From assembly GCF_037042905.1 (NCBI RefSeq), contig NC_087245.1, forward strand, positions 28,956,001-29,020,000: a stretch of DNA of 64,000 bases. Direction: 5' to 3'. This document shows, piece by piece, positions 38,241 to 53,169 of this stretch. The translations under genes and the position numbers were made by a program. The notes below the pieces were generated by a model, which was not told the DNA's origin, ran no database searches, and saw only the letters and a list, made by a program, of their open reading frames with translations. This stretch comes from Lytechinus pictus (lineage: Eukaryota). Position 1 is the stretch's first letter, and every line of letters begins with the position of its first letter.

Positions 38241-41200
38241 TCCATAAAATGAAATATTTTATCCCCCCATTAATTCACAAATGGTTTGAAGACCTCGAGG
38301 AATTCCTCAATGAAAACAATGCCCAGAGCATTCTACAAGAATCTGGAAGGATTTTCAAGGCAGACGAGTCAGGGTTTCCACTAGGTGGGCGTTTGGACGA
38401 TTATGTGCTGGCACTGAAGGGAGAAAAGGTAGTCCAGCAGTTCAAGAATTCAACAAAAGGACAGGTGACACTCTTACCACCCATGATAGAGTTGCCAGGG
38501 AGGCATGACGGAGCAGCTTACCAAAGTGCGCCAAGGGGCTCTTACTTTGCTCAAACCAAAAACAGCTGGATGGACAGCAAAGGCTTTTTATAGCTATATT
38601 GCTAACTTATTCCAGCCATCTTTGGCTCAAAAGAAAGTGCCCTTCCCTGCCCTCTTGCTTGTGGATGGTCTCTCTAAACATCAGACGTTGGAGGTTGCGA
38701 TGTGAAGGGAAAGGTATGCTCCTATATAGATTCCCTCCCAATGCAACGCATATACTCTAACCATGTGATGTGTCGGTCTTAAGACCCCTGAAGTCATCCT
38801 GGAACAGGGCCGAGCAGCTGTTCCGTTTTTGCAACCCTAGCGATTACGTCACGAAAACAACATTTTCGAGAGTTTTCGCTGACACTTGGCTAGAAATTCT
38901 CCGAAAGCCAAGCACTGCTGCGTCGGGATTTAGAGTTGCAGGGATTTTCCCGTTCACGAAGCGGTATAATTGTGCCTTACTTACAACAGCAGAATTATAC
39001 CACTTCGTCGATACTAATAGTACCCCTCAAGAATGACGCGTTCATTCCGGAGAGTGATGTCATGAGGTCACATCAACCAGATTAGCCAGAAGATGACATT
39101 CCATCATCATCTTCTGCTCATCTTGGACATGGAGAAGACAATGCCATGGATCCTACAGAGATCCATGGCATCACTCCATGTCATAAGAGACCTCTAAACG
39201 AGGCATTCATCTCTCCATCTCTTGAAAAATGCCTTGTTTACTCCAAATCAAGGTTTATAACCAAAGGAGGAGGAAGCAGAAATTACCAATTTCGGTTGAA
39301 GCCTTCATGAAATATCAGGAGGAGAAGGAAAAGAAAAGGAAAAAAAAACAGAGAAAGGAGGAGCGTGATCAAAAGAGGATGGAAAAGGAAATACAGCAGG
39401 AAATGCAAACTGCACAGAGACAAAGACGGCAACAAGAAAAAATAGATCGCGAGATGAGAGTGAAAGAGAAGCTAGAACGAATGAATGAAGTGAGAATGAA
39501 GAAAGCCATACTGGAAAAAAAAAGATGCTGAGAAAACAAAGACCATGACTTCCTTTCTAGATTCAAGCAAGTGTGCACTGCATATAATGGAACAGAGGCC
39601 ATTAAGTGCAATTAAGGCTTATATATCACAATGTAAAAAGGTTCTGTGAAAATAAATTATAAGCATGCACATCAATTCTAAGGTCGGAGGAAAGAAATAG
39701 CTGGATTATATTTCTTTGGTAATCTCAAAGGAAATTGCAGACCTTTGCAATCCAAAGACAATGACTTCCTCTTGAGATTCCACCAAGTACACACTGCAAG
39801 TAATAAAGGGAACAGTAGCGATGAAGTGCAATAAATGCTTAAACCACGATGTAAAATATATTTGTGAAAAATAATTCATAAGCATGCACATAAATTTTGT
39901 GGTTGGGAGGGGGGCGGGGGCAAAATGACTGAATCCATCATGCCAAGTATGTCGTGGGACGAGGATGATCTCCCAGGGGCACCCCCCCCCATTAATTCAC
40001 AGATTGTTCGTAGACCTCAAGGGATTCCTCAATGAAAACAATGCCCAGAGCCTTCTACAAAAACCTGGAAGGATTTTCAATGCAGATGAGTCAGGGTTTC
40101 CACTAGGAGGGCATTTGGACGATCATGTGCTGGCACTAAAGGGAGAAAAGGTAGTTCAACAATTCAAGAATTAGACAAAAGGACAGGTGACGGTTTTGGT
40201 AACTGCATGCGCTGAGGGCAGCATCTTACCGCCCATGAAAGTGTTGCCAGAGAGGCATGACAGAGCAGCTTACCAAGGTGCACCAAGGGGCTCTTATTTT
40301 GCTCAAAACAAAAATAGCTGGATGGACAGCAAGGCCTTTTATTGCTATAATGCTAACTTATTCCAGCCAACTTTGGCTCAAAAGAAAGCGCCCCTTCCTG
40401 CACTCTTGCTTGTGGATGGTCTCTCCGCACATCAAATGTTGGAGGTAGCGATGTGAAGGGAATGGTATTCTCCTATATTGATTACCTCCCTATGCAATGC
40501 ATGTACTCTAACCGTGTGATGTGTCGGTCTTTAGATCACTGAAGTCATCCTGGAACAGGGCCGAGCAGCTGTACCGTTTTCGCAACCCTAGTGATTACTT
40601 CACGAAAACAAAAAAAAATTTCAAGAGTTTTCGCTGACACTTGGCTAGAAATTCTGCAAAAGCCAAGCATTGCTGCGTTGGGATTTAGAGCAGCAGGAAT
40701 TTTCCTGTTCACGAAGCAGTATAATTCTGCCTTACTTACAACAGCAGCATTATACCACTTCGTCGTTACTAATAGTACCCCTCAAGAAGGGATTACTCCA
40801 CCCACGAATGACGCGTTCATTCCGGAGAGTGATGTCCTGAGGTCACCTCAACCAGTTGAGCCAGAAGATGACATTCCATCATCACCTTCTGCTCATCTTA
40901 GACATGGAGAAGACAATGCCATGGATCCTACAGAGATCCATGGCATCACTCCATGTCATAAGAGACCTCTAAACGAGGCATTCATCTCTCCATCTCTTGA
41001 AAAATGCCTTGTTTACTCCAAAAATTTTTATAAGCAAAGGAGGAGAAAGCAGAAATTGCCAATTTCGGTTGAAGCCTTCATGAAATATCAGGAGGAGAAG
41101 GAAGAGGAAAGGAAAAAAAAAACAGAGAAAGGAGGAGCGTGATCAAAAGTGGATGGAAAAGGAAATACAGCAGGAAATGCAAACTGCACAGAGACAAAGA

Positions 41201-42662
41201 CGGCAACAAGAAAAAATAGATCGCGAGATGAGAGTGAAAGAGAAGCTGGAACGAATGAATGAAGTGAGAATGAAAAAAGTCACACGAGAAAAAGAAGACC
41301 ATGACTTCCTTTCTAGATTCCAGCAAAAGTGCACTGCATGTATAATGGAACAGAAGCCATGAAATGCAATTAAGGCTTATAACACAATGTAAAAAGGTCT
41401 GTGAAAATACATTATAAGCATGCACATAAATTTTGTAGTCATAAGAAAGAAATAGCTGTAGTATATTTCTTTGGTAATCTCTAAGGAAAGTGCAGACATT
41501 TGCAATCCAAAGACCATTACTTCCTCTTGAGATTCCATCAAGTACGCACTGCAAATAAGAAACGGAACAGAAGCCATGAAGTGCAATAAAGGCTTAAACC
41601 ATGATGTAAATTTTTTTTTGTGAAAAAGAATTCATAAGCATGCACACAAATTTTGTGGTTGGGACGGGGGCGGGGGCAAAATGACTGTATCCATCATGCC
41701 AAGGATGTCATGGGACAACGATGATCTCAGAGGGGCCATACAGATTTTCAAACAACAATTTCAAAACATATTGTCACAATGAAATATGTTATTCCCCCCA
41801 TTAATTCACATACGGTTTGAAGACCTCAAGGGATTCCTCAATGAAAACAATGCCAAGAGCATTCTACAAGAAACTGGAAGGATTTTCAATGCAGACAAGT
41901 AAGGGTTTCCACTAGGAGGGCGTTTGGACGATCATGTGCTGGCACTGGAGAAAATTTTTTGGTAAATGCATGTGCGGAGGGCAGCTTCTAACCGCCAATG
42001 ATAGTGTTGTTAATGCCAGGGAGGCATGACGGAGCAGCTTACCAAGGTGCGCCAAGGGGCTCTTATTTGCTCAAACCAAAAATAGCTGGATGGACAGCAA
42101 GGCCTTTTATGGCTGTATTGCTAACTTATTCCATCCATCTTTGGCTCAAAAGAAAGTGTCCCTCCCTGCACTCTTGCTTGTGGATGGTCTCAACGCACAT
42201 CAGACCTTGGAGGTAGCAATGTGAAGGGAATGGTATTCTCCAATATAGATTCCCTCCCAATGCAACGCGTACTCTAACCATGTGATGTGTCGGTCTTAAG
42301 ACCCCTGAAGTCATCCTGGAACAGGGCCGAGCAGCTGTTCCGTTTTTGCAACCCTAGCGATTACGTCACGAAAACAACATTTTCGAGAGTTTTCGCTGAC
42401 ACTTGGCTAGAAATTCTCCAAAAGCCAAGCATTGCTGCGTCGGGATTTAGAGCAGCAGGGATTTTCCTGTTCACAAAGTGGTATAATTCTGCCTTACTTA
42501 CAACAGCAGAATTATACCACTTCGTCGATACTAATAGTACCCCTCAAGAAGGGACTACTCCACCCACGAATGACGCGATCATTCCGGAGAGTGATGTCGT
42601 GAGGTTACCTCAACCAGATGAGCCAGAAGATGACATTCCATCATCACCTTCTGCTCATCTTA

Positions 42663-45600
42663 TGGGGTGTTGCAAGAAAGTTACGTTGCAATTGATTGCA
42701 AATCGACTGCAACTTTGCAGCCGATTCCGATCGACTGCAACTACAGTAGCAATCAATCGCCAATTTGCGTTGCAAGAAAAAGGCTTGCGATTGAACGCAA
42801 GTTGCAGCTGATTTGCATACGATCTGCAGCTGTAAACAGGGTCTGCAGCACAAGACTAGCTGATGAAGCAAAATAATCCTTGCAATAATCGTGATTGTGG
42901 AAGAGAGTAAGTAGAAAATATTCATTTTTCACAGCTTTCCTTCTCCAGTATGTATGTTTTCAGAGAATTTATATATTTTAGACCTATGCCAGTGAAAAAA
43001 TTATTTTGTAAAATGTGAAAATGTATCTTTATCGCCAGTCGAAATTTCACCTTCAAATTTTTTTTTACCACACAGTTTAAACCCAGTCCCACACTTGACT
43101 TTTTGTGTCGCTAATGCACTGTTGTACCAACAACACGGCAGGACATTCCCGGTGCAGTGCTGTTAAAAATCACCCTGAAGCAAGTAAATTTGTAGGCTCT
43201 AATTATGTATGAAACATCGAAAATGACCTTAAAAGATTATTATTGTTCATATTTGAAATGATTTTTAAGTTATATCAGTTTCAACGGCGAATAACCATCC
43301 AGTAAATGGATTCAATGCAGTCAACTTTTGAGAAACACTCGACAGAAAGCAATTTTTTGTTTTTAACTAGCCTAGGCCTAAAGGCTAAAGGATTTTTAAT
43401 CTAACGTTAGGCTTTAAATCAAAGACTTCCATTATTAGATCCTCTCCATTAGTCTCTCTTTTTTAAGAGTCTGTCTAACCTCCCTTTTTATGACTTTCCT
43501 TTGCCTGGCCTGGGATAGAATGAAAATTTTGCTCTTGACTTTGGAGGAATTTTTAAGATTTATTTAATATTATTATTTTATTTATTTATTCATTTATTTT
43601 TTATTTTTTGGAGGGGGGGGGGTTCTCCACATTTTTCGCCAGGCCAAAAAAAACAACAACAAAGGTAAAGGGGGTCTACATGTATTTTATTAATTATTTT
43701 TAAAGATGTTATTGGGCTATTATTTATTAAACCTATTGGCCACATCTGCCACATTCTTGGGGAAGTTTTAACATTGAACAGGGAGTTGCCCGCCCGGGGC
43801 TCTTTTTAAAATTTCTTACGGGCAGATTGCACAAGAGGTTCTTTGCAAGGACAGTCTATTTGTGTCGTTGATTTGTAATGATGTGCCGTATGAGTCACAT
43901 TTTTAATATCCATCACATATAAATATAAAAAGATATACATGTAAGCCTAAATAAATCTTTTTTTTAGATTCAATATGTAGGTCTACTATGCCGGGGGGAA
44001 GGTACTTAGATTTGGTTTGGACAAAGGTGTGTGGCTGAAAGTTTGAAACCCGTACCCATATTTACAGGTCATTTTGGCTAAAAAGGTACCCATTATTAGG
44101 GATTCATTACAGGGGCAGATCCAGGATTTCCAAAAGGGGGGGGGGCACATTTTCGCCTGGAAAAACTTGACAAGCAAAAAAAAAAGAAAAAAAAGGTTAT
44201 CACCCAAAATGTAAGGTCATTTTGTATTTGCACCTAAGACATTGGAGTAGAATATGGACCCATGTTTAAGGACATTATCTAAAAATTGGGCAATGCTTAG
44301 GGATTTTCCAGCATAAAACCATACGCCATGTTTAGGGATTTCTTCAAAAAAGGCGACCCATTCCTGCGGCATATCCCCATATGCCTTATCTCGTGAGTAC
44401 CCCCCCCCCCCCCCGGGCTACTATGTAGCTGACTCTTGATTTTTATGCAAGCACATGAGGTGCTAAATAGATGACAGACTTTTTTTTCACTTTAAATTGT
44501 TTAATGGATGATTACAATGCTTTTCCAGGTGCTTTCAGTTAAAGGGTGTCTCATATGGTGCATCAGTATTAATATTGAATGCATAATCATGATTTTTTTT
44601 AACATCCTTTTACATCAAGCACAATACTCGGGGGGGGGGGCATATGGTCCCCCTTGACATTTTTCAGAATAAATCTGCCACTCAAAATTTTATTACCGCA
44701 CCGCTGACTGACGTTTTACTTTCAAGTCTCACACAACTTTTGGTACTAAATTTGCCATTCCCAGGTACAGGGTCAGGAAATTTTGCAACATTATGTTTGT
44801 TTAAGTACATGTCAGACAAAAACATGATCACATGTAAAAAGTCAATATTCATAACTGGGTAATTTGTTTTTTATTGACAATAGTAATTTAATGTCACTGA
44901 TGAACTTTGTCTTGAAAATAACAACAACAAAAAAAATTAAGAAGTTAAGAAAAAATATTTTAAAAAAAACATGAATTGAAAGGAATTTATTTTGATACCA
45001 GATTTGTTAAAGTAAAGTTGTTAGGATTGCTCTAGAAAGGAATATGTACACCAAAGTTTGGCATTCTATTAGGAGCTTTTTTTAGTAAATTAAAGCAAAA
45101 GGTATGATTTCATAATTTTTTTAATTGCGCCGCCCATGGCTGAGGAACCATAGTGCTCCCCAGGCCAGAAGTGACTTTAATCAAAACACCCTTGGACTAC
45201 TATAATGATTAACACACTGGCAACTGAGCTTAACTTGTATATTAATTTCATGAATATGTTTTATCTCTTTGCTTTTTGCTTTTAATTGCTTACTACAGTT
45301 ATGACAAAGAAGTCTGGAACCTCAGAACCACCATAACTGTGTCTGCTACAATGTGTGTTCTTGCAACCAGCTGATTGATTCATTTTATCAACTCTTGAAT
45401 GGTAGGTTACATGTAAACTGTATTATTATTAATAATTCACCATGATGCGGGTGAAATCTGTACACATTGACCCAAGGATGATGCAAAATGAAAAAGGCTA
45501 ACACAAATCTCTATCTTGACTGGACTTCTCAGCAATGAAGACATCCCATTGATGGGGAGGAGGGGGAGGGGAGGGGGTGGTTGTGCTCATCCAAGGTGTA

Positions 45601-47387
45601 CTGTATGAAAGTGTGTATTTTGCTTTCATTGATTTAATTTATTGCATATTTTAATTTCCATGATTCATTTATTTGGGGAAAAACAATCAGTTTTCACACT
45701 TTTTTAGATTACATCATGGCAAATTGCCAATTATTATGGTCTCAGGAGTAAGCCACTATCCCTCTATCATATCATCTTGTCGGTGCAAACAACGCCCTTA
45801 CCAGCAGGCATAGGGGCATTTCTGCACTGATGGGGTGCACAAAAATGTTTTGCTAAGGGCGTTCTTGCACTGAAAGGACAAAATTTGAACTAACCCAAGC
45901 TATGTATGGTTATGGGCTTGCATTATTTCCTATATTATTATTTTTTTACGAACAGGTTGATTATCAGAACTGAATTCAGAGCTGCTCCTGTCTGTAGTAA
46001 CATCTTATTAGAGTGGACTTCAGAATGAGGGTGTTGCTGGTTTAAAAACTTCACTCCATGGAGCTCTCCAATTTCATCTCAAATTAGACTGCTTCTGGAA
46101 ACCAGATTTGTTCCTTCAAGCAGAGACGTTTGTGGCTTTCCTGACTGGACTTCTATGGATTCTTCTTGCCAACATTAAGGACTGTGGGCTGACATTCAGT
46201 GGTAAAACACTTGATGAAGATGATATGATATCAATTTTTATTTGATATAAATGAATCTCAGAAGTAATTCCTCAGGAGTAAGAAACAATTAAAATTAAAA
46301 ATAAAAGGTCCATCAATAATGAATGTCTTGAGCAGTGTTCTTTTTGTGCACAGATCAATGGATCTTTTCATTTCCAAGCAGGGATGTAGTCAATGCTGAC
46401 CTTGAGACAACATTTTGCTGGCCTTGGTCCGAGTCACTGTACAGAATCTATGGGAAGTTCTCTCAAGCTGCCTCATGACTCGGAAGAATCAGCCTCGACC
46501 TCATCCCTGTATGCAAGTGTGATATATATCTACCATGCAATCTCATGATTAAAGAGAGAGAAACAAGAGAGCTTCAGATTTTGAAGTGTAGCAATCTCCT
46601 GAAATGTATGTTTTATTTGAAAATCAAACTAAAATAACTTAATTGGGCATGTTATTCATTATGATATTTATGAATGAAAGCATTGAAGCAATTTGGTGCT
46701 ATTGCAAAACAAATTCTGAGTTGTATTTACTGCAAACACTCAGAAATATTGATAAGCATTTGCCAGTGCATGAAGTGTTTTAATGAAGAGTGGCTTTTTT
46801 GTGCCTATGTAGAGTTATTATTTCTTCAATATTTTTTCATACAAATTATTTCAGAAGTCACAATTTGAATATTCCATGACCTCTGATAACAAGAGCAGAA
46901 TATTTTTGGTGATTGACACACTTTAAAATGATATTAGGAGAGAATGTAGTGAAATTGTGTGAAAATAATGGCATAATTGCTGAAGAGGCCTATAAAGATT
47001 GAAAATAACATTATTTCAAGTTTTTCTTGAAAAAACCCATGGAAAATTGAAAATGGCATAATTTACACAAGTTTTCAAAACAAAATACAAAAAAAATTTT
47101 TTTTGCAGAATTTTTAGTACACAAGCCTATGGACAATCAATTGAACGTAAATCGAACGCAAATTTTGCGCATCCTCCAAAATCTCACATAAGTTACGTTC
47201 GATTTGCAATCAATTGCAAAGCTTGCGCTTGATCTACGTTCAATTGATCAAACGCAACTTGTTCTTGCAACAGGATTGAACGTAACTTGCGTTCAATTGC
47301 AGATTTGCGTTTAATCGGAGGACTTACGCTCAATTTTGGGTGTTGCGTTCGATTTGCGTTCAATCGCAAGTTTCTTGCAACACCCCA
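42663..47387. mobile_element. 4.7-kb non-autonomous PIF/Harbinger element inserted in array unit 3
   Basis: TIR TGGGGTGTTGCAAGAAA; TSD TTA at 42660-42662 and 47388-47390; empty site CATCTTAGACATGG present in units 2 and 4. Confidence 0.9.
43991..44417. mobile_element. CCGGG-polyG MITE nested in the Harbinger element, 8-bp TSD
   Basis: CCGGGGGGAAGGTACT...GAGTAC(C)nGGG; CTACTATG on both sides. Confidence 0.7.
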
Positions 47388-50300
47388 TTAGACATGGAGA
47401 AGACAATGCCATGGATCCTACAGAGATCCATGGCATCACTCCATGTCATGGGAGACCTCTAAACGAGGCATTCATCTCTCCATCTCTTGAAAAATGCCTT
47501 GTTTACTCCAAATCAAGGTTTATAACCAAAGGAGGAGGAAGCAGAAATTACCAATTTCGGTTGAAGCTTTCATAAAATTTGAGAAAGGAAGGGGAAAGGA
47601 AAAAAACAGAGAAAGGAGGAGCGTGATCAAAAGAGGATGGAAAAGGAAAAACAGAAGGAAATGCAAAAGGAACAGAGACAAAGACGGCAACAAGAGCTCC
47701 AAAAGAAAAATATAGATCACGAGATGAGAGTGAAAGAGAAGCTGAACGAATGAATGAAGTGAGAATGAAGAAAGCTACACAGGAAAAAACAAAAAGAAGC
47801 AGAGAAAACAAAGACCATGACTCCCTTTTTAGATTCCAGCAAAAGTGCACTGCATGTATAATGGAACAGAGGCCATGAAGTGCAATTAAGGCTTAAAACA
47901 CAATGTAAAAAAGAAATTGTAAAAAGAATTCATAAGCATGCACTTAGATTTTGTGGTTCAGGGGGGTGTGGGCAAAATGACTGAATCCATCGTGCCAAGG
48001 ATGTCATAGGATGACAATGATCTCCAAGGGGCCACACACATTTTCAAACAATTTCAAAACATATTGTCACAATAAAATATGTTACTCCCCCATTAATTCA
48101 CAGATGGTTTGAAGACCTCAAGGAATTCCTCAATGAAAACAATGCCCAGAGCATTCTACAAGAACCTGGAAGGATTTTCAATGCAGACAAGTAAGGGTTT
48201 ACACTATGAGGGCATTTGGACGATCATGTGCTGGCACTAAAGCGGGAAAAGGTAGTTCAACAATTCAAGAATTAGACAAAAGGACAGTTTTGGTAAATGC
48301 ATGCGCGGAGGGCAGCTTCTTACCGCCAATGATAGAGTTGTTAATGACAGGGAAGCATGACGGAGCAGCTTACCAAGGTGCGCCAAGGGGCTCTTATTTG
48401 CTCAAACCAAAAATAGCTGGATGGACAGCAAGGCCTTTTATGGCTATATTGCTAACTTATTCCAGCCAACTTTGGCTCAAAAGAAAGTGCCCCTCCCTGT
48501 ACTCTTGCTTGTGGATGGTCTCAACGCACATCAGACGTTGGAGGTAGCGATGTGAAGGGAATGGTATTCTCCTATATTGATTCCCTCCCAATGCAACGCA
48601 TATACTCTAACCATGTGATGTGTCGGTCTTAAGACCCCTGAAGTCATCCTGGAACAAGGCCGAGCAGCTGTTCCGTTTTTGCAACCCTAGCGCTTACGTC
48701 ACGAAAACAACATTTTCGAGAGTTTTCGCTGACACTTGGCTAGAAATTCTCCGAAAGCCAAGCATTGGTGCGTCGGGATTTAGAGCAGCAGGGATTTTCC
48801 TGTTCACAAAGTGGTATAATTCTGCCTTACTTACAACAGCAGAATTATACCACTTCGTCGATACGAATAGTACCCCTGAAGAAGGGATTACTCCACCCTC
48901 GAATGACGCGTTCATTCCGGAGAGTGATGTCGTGAGGCATGTACCTCAACCAGATGAGCCAGAAGATGACATTCCATCATCACCTTCTGCTCATCTTAGA
49001 CATGGAGAAGACAATGCCATGGATCCTACAGAGATCCATGGCATCACTCCATGTCATAAGAGACCTCTAAACGAGGCATTCATCTCTCCATCTCTTGAAA
49101 AATGCCTTGTTTACTCCGAAATCAAGGTTTATAACCAAAGGAGGAGAAAGCAGAAATTACCAATTTCGGTTGAAGCCTTCATGATATATCAGGAAGAGAA
49201 GAAAGAGGAAAGGAAAAAAAAACAGAGGAAGGAGGAGCGTGATCAAAAGAGGTTGGAAAAGGAAATACAGCAGAAAATGCAAACTGCACAGAGACAAAGA
49301 CGGCAACAAGAAAAAATAGATCGCGAGATGAGAGTGAAAGAGAAGCTGGAACGAATGAATGGAGAATGAAAAAAGTCACACGAGAAAAAGAAGAAAGATG
49401 CAGAGAAAACGAAGACCATGACTTCCTTTCTAGATTCCAGCAAAAGTGCACTGCATGTATAATGGAACAGAAGCCATGAAGTGCAATTAAGGTTTATAAT
49501 GCAATGTACAAAGGTCTGTGAAAATAAATTATAAGCATGCACATCAATTTTGTAGTCATAAGAAAGAAATAGCTGGAGTATATTTCTTTGGTAATCTCTA
49601 AGGAAAGTGCAGACTTTTGCAATCCAAAGACCATTACTTCCTCTTGAGATTCCATCAAGTACGCACTGCAAATAAGAAACGGAACAGAAGCCATGAAGTG
49701 CAATAAAGGCTTAAACCATGATGTAATTTTTTTTTGTAGAAGCCATGAAGTGCAATAAAGGCTTAAACCATGATGTAAATTTTTTTGTGAAAAAGAATTC
49801 ATAAACATGCACATAAATTTTGTGGTTGGGATGGGGGCGGGGGCAAAATGACTGAATCCATCATGCCAAGGATGTCATGGGACAACGATGATCTCAGAGG
49901 GGCCATACAGATTTTCAAACAATTTCAAAACATATTGTCACAATAAAATATGTTATTCCCCCCCATTAATTCACAGATGGTTTGAAGACCTCAAGGAATT
50001 CCTCAATGAAAACAATGCCCAGATCATTCTACAAGTAACTGGAAGGATTTTCAATGCAGACAAGTAAGGGTTTCCACTATGAGGGCATTTGGACAATCAT
50101 GTGCTGGCACTAAAGAGGGAAAAGGTAGTTCAACAATTCAAGAATTAGACAAAAGGACAGTTTTGGTAAATGCATGCGCGGAGGACTGCTTCTAACCGCC
50201 AATGATAGCGTTGTTAATGCAAGGGAGGCATGACGGAGCAGCTTACCAAGGTGCGCCAAGGGGCTCTTATTTGCTCGAACCAAAAATAGCTGGATGGACA

Positions 50301-53169
50301 GCAAGGCCTTTTATGGCTATATTGCTATCTTATTCCAGCCAACTTTGGCTCAAAAGAAAGTGCCCCTCCCTGCACTCTTGCTTGTGGATGGTCTCAACGC
50401 TTATCAGACGTTGGAGGTGGCGATGTGAAGGGAATGGTATTCTCCTATATAGATTCCCTCCCAATGCAACGCATATACTCTAACCATGTGATGTTTTGGT
50501 CTTAAGACCCCTGAAGTCATCCTGGAACAGGGCCGAGCAGCTGTTCCGTTTTTGCAACCCTAGCGATTACGTCACGAAAACAACATTTTCGAGAGTTTTC
50601 GCTGACACTTGGCTAGAAATTCTCCGAAAGCCAAGCATTGCTGCGTCGGGATTTAGAGCAGCAGGGATTTTCCTGTTCACGAAGTGGTATAATTCTGCCT
50701 TACTTACAACAGCAGAATTATACCACTGCGTCGATACTAATAGTACACCTCAAGAAGGGATTACTCCACCCACGAATGACGCGTTCATTCCGGAGAGTGA
50801 TGTCGTGAGGTCACCTCAACCAGATGAACCAGATGATGACATTCCATCATCACCTTCTGCTCATCTTGGACATGGAGAAGACAATGCCATGGATCCTACA
50901 GATATCCATGGCATCACTCCATGTCATGGGAGACCTCTAAACGAGGCATTCATCTCTCCATCTTTGAAGAATGCCTCGTTTACCCCGAAATCAAGGTTTA
51001 TAACCAAAGGAGGAGGAAGCAGAAATTACCAAAGGGGAAAGGAAAAAAAAACAGAGAAAGGAGGAGCGTGATCAAAAGAGGATGGAAAAGGAAAAACAGA
51101 AGGAAATGCAAAAGGAACAGAGACAAAGACGGCAACAAGAGCTCCAAAAGAAAAAAAAATAGATCACGAGATGAGAGTGAAAGAGAAGCTGAACGAATGA
51201 ATGAAGTGAGAATGAAGAAAGCTACACAGGAAAAAACAAAAAGAAGCAGAGAAAACAAAGACCATGACTCCCTTTCTAGATTCCAGCGAGTGTGCACTGC
51301 ATGTATAATGGAACAGAAGCCATGAAGTGCAATTAAGGCTTAAAACACAATGTTAAAAAGAAATTGTAAAAAGAATTCATAAGCATGCACTTAGATTTTG
51401 TGGTTCAGGGGGGTGTGGGCAAAATGACTGAATCCATCGTGCCAAGGATGTCATAGGATGACAATGATCTCCCAGGGGCCATACAGATTTTTAAAACAAT
51501 TTCAAAACATATTGTCACAATGAAATATGTTACTCCCCCCATTAATTCACAGATGGTTTGAAGACCTCAAGGAATTCCTCAATGAAAACAATGCCCAGAG
51601 CATTCTACAAGAACCTGGAAGGATTTTCAATGCAGACAAGTAAGGGTTTCCACTATGAGGGCATTTGGACGATCATGTGCTGGCACTAAAGAGGGAAAAG
51701 GTAGTTCAACAATTCAAGAATTAGACAAAAGGACAGTTTTGGTAAATGCATGCACGGAGGGCAGCTTCTTACCGCCAATGATAGTGTTGTTAATGCAAGG
51801 GAGGCATGACGGAGCAGCTTACCAAGGTGCGCCAAGGGGCTCTTATTTGCTCAAACCAAAAATAGCTGGATGGACAGCAAGGCCTTTTATGGCTATATTG
51901 CTAACTTATTTCAGCCAACTTTGGCTCAAAAGAAAGTGCCCCTCCTGCACTCTTGCTTGTATTCTCCTATATAGATTCCCTCCAAATGCAATGCATATAC
52001 TCTAACCATGTGATGTGTCGATCTTAAGACCCCTGAAGTCATCCTGGAACAGGGCCGAGCAGCTGTTCCGTTTTTGCAACCCTAGCGATTACGTCACGAA
52101 AACAACATTTTTGGAGAGTTTTCGCTGACATTTAGCTAGAAATTCTCCGAAAGCCAAGCATTGCTGCGCCGGGATTTAGAGCAGCAGGGATTTTCCTGTT
52201 CACAAAGTGGTATAATTCTGCCTTACTTACAACAGCAGAATTATACCACTTCATCGATACTAATAGTACCCCTCAAGAAGGGATTACTCCACCCACGAAT
52301 GACGCGTTCATTCCGGAGAGTGATGTCGTGAGGTCACCTCAACCAGATGAACCAGAAGATGACATTCCATCATCACCTTCTGCTCATCTTGGACATGGAG
52401 AAGACAATGCCATGGATCCTACAAAGATCCATGGCATAAGAGACCTCTAAACGAGGCATTCATCTCTCCATCTCTTGAAGAATGCCTCGTTTGCCCCCAA
52501 ATCAAGGTTTATAACAAAATTAGGAGGAAGTAGAAATTACCAATTTCGGTTGAAGCTTTCATAAAATTTGAGAAGGAAGGGGACAGGAAAAAAAACAGAG
52601 AAAGGAGGAGCTTGATCAAAAGAGGATGGAAAAGGAAAAACAGAAGGAAATGCAAAAGGAACAGAGACAAAGACGGCAACAAGAGCTCCAAAAGAAAAAA
52701 ATAGATCACGAGATGAGAGTGAGAGAAGCTAGAACGAATGAATGAAGTGAGAATGAAGAAAGCCACACAAAAAAAAGATGCTGAGAAAACGAAGACCATG
52801 ACTTCCTGTCTAGATTCAAGCAAGTGTGCACTGCATATAATGGAACAGAGGCCATTAAGTGCAATTAAGGCTTATATATCACAATGTAAAAAGGTTCTGT
52901 GAAAATAAATTATAAGCATGCACATCAATTTTAAGGTCGGAAAAAAGAAATAGCTGGATTATATTTCTTTGGTAATCTCTAAAGAAAGTGCAGACCTTTG
53001 CAATCCAAAGATCATGACTTCCTCTTGAGATTCCACCAAGTACACACTGCAAGTAATAGGGAACGGTAGCCATGAAGTGCAATAAAGGCTTAAAACACAA
53101 CGTAATAAATTTTTGTGAAAAAGAATTCATAAACATGCACATAAATTTTGTGGGTGGGAGGGGGGCGGG

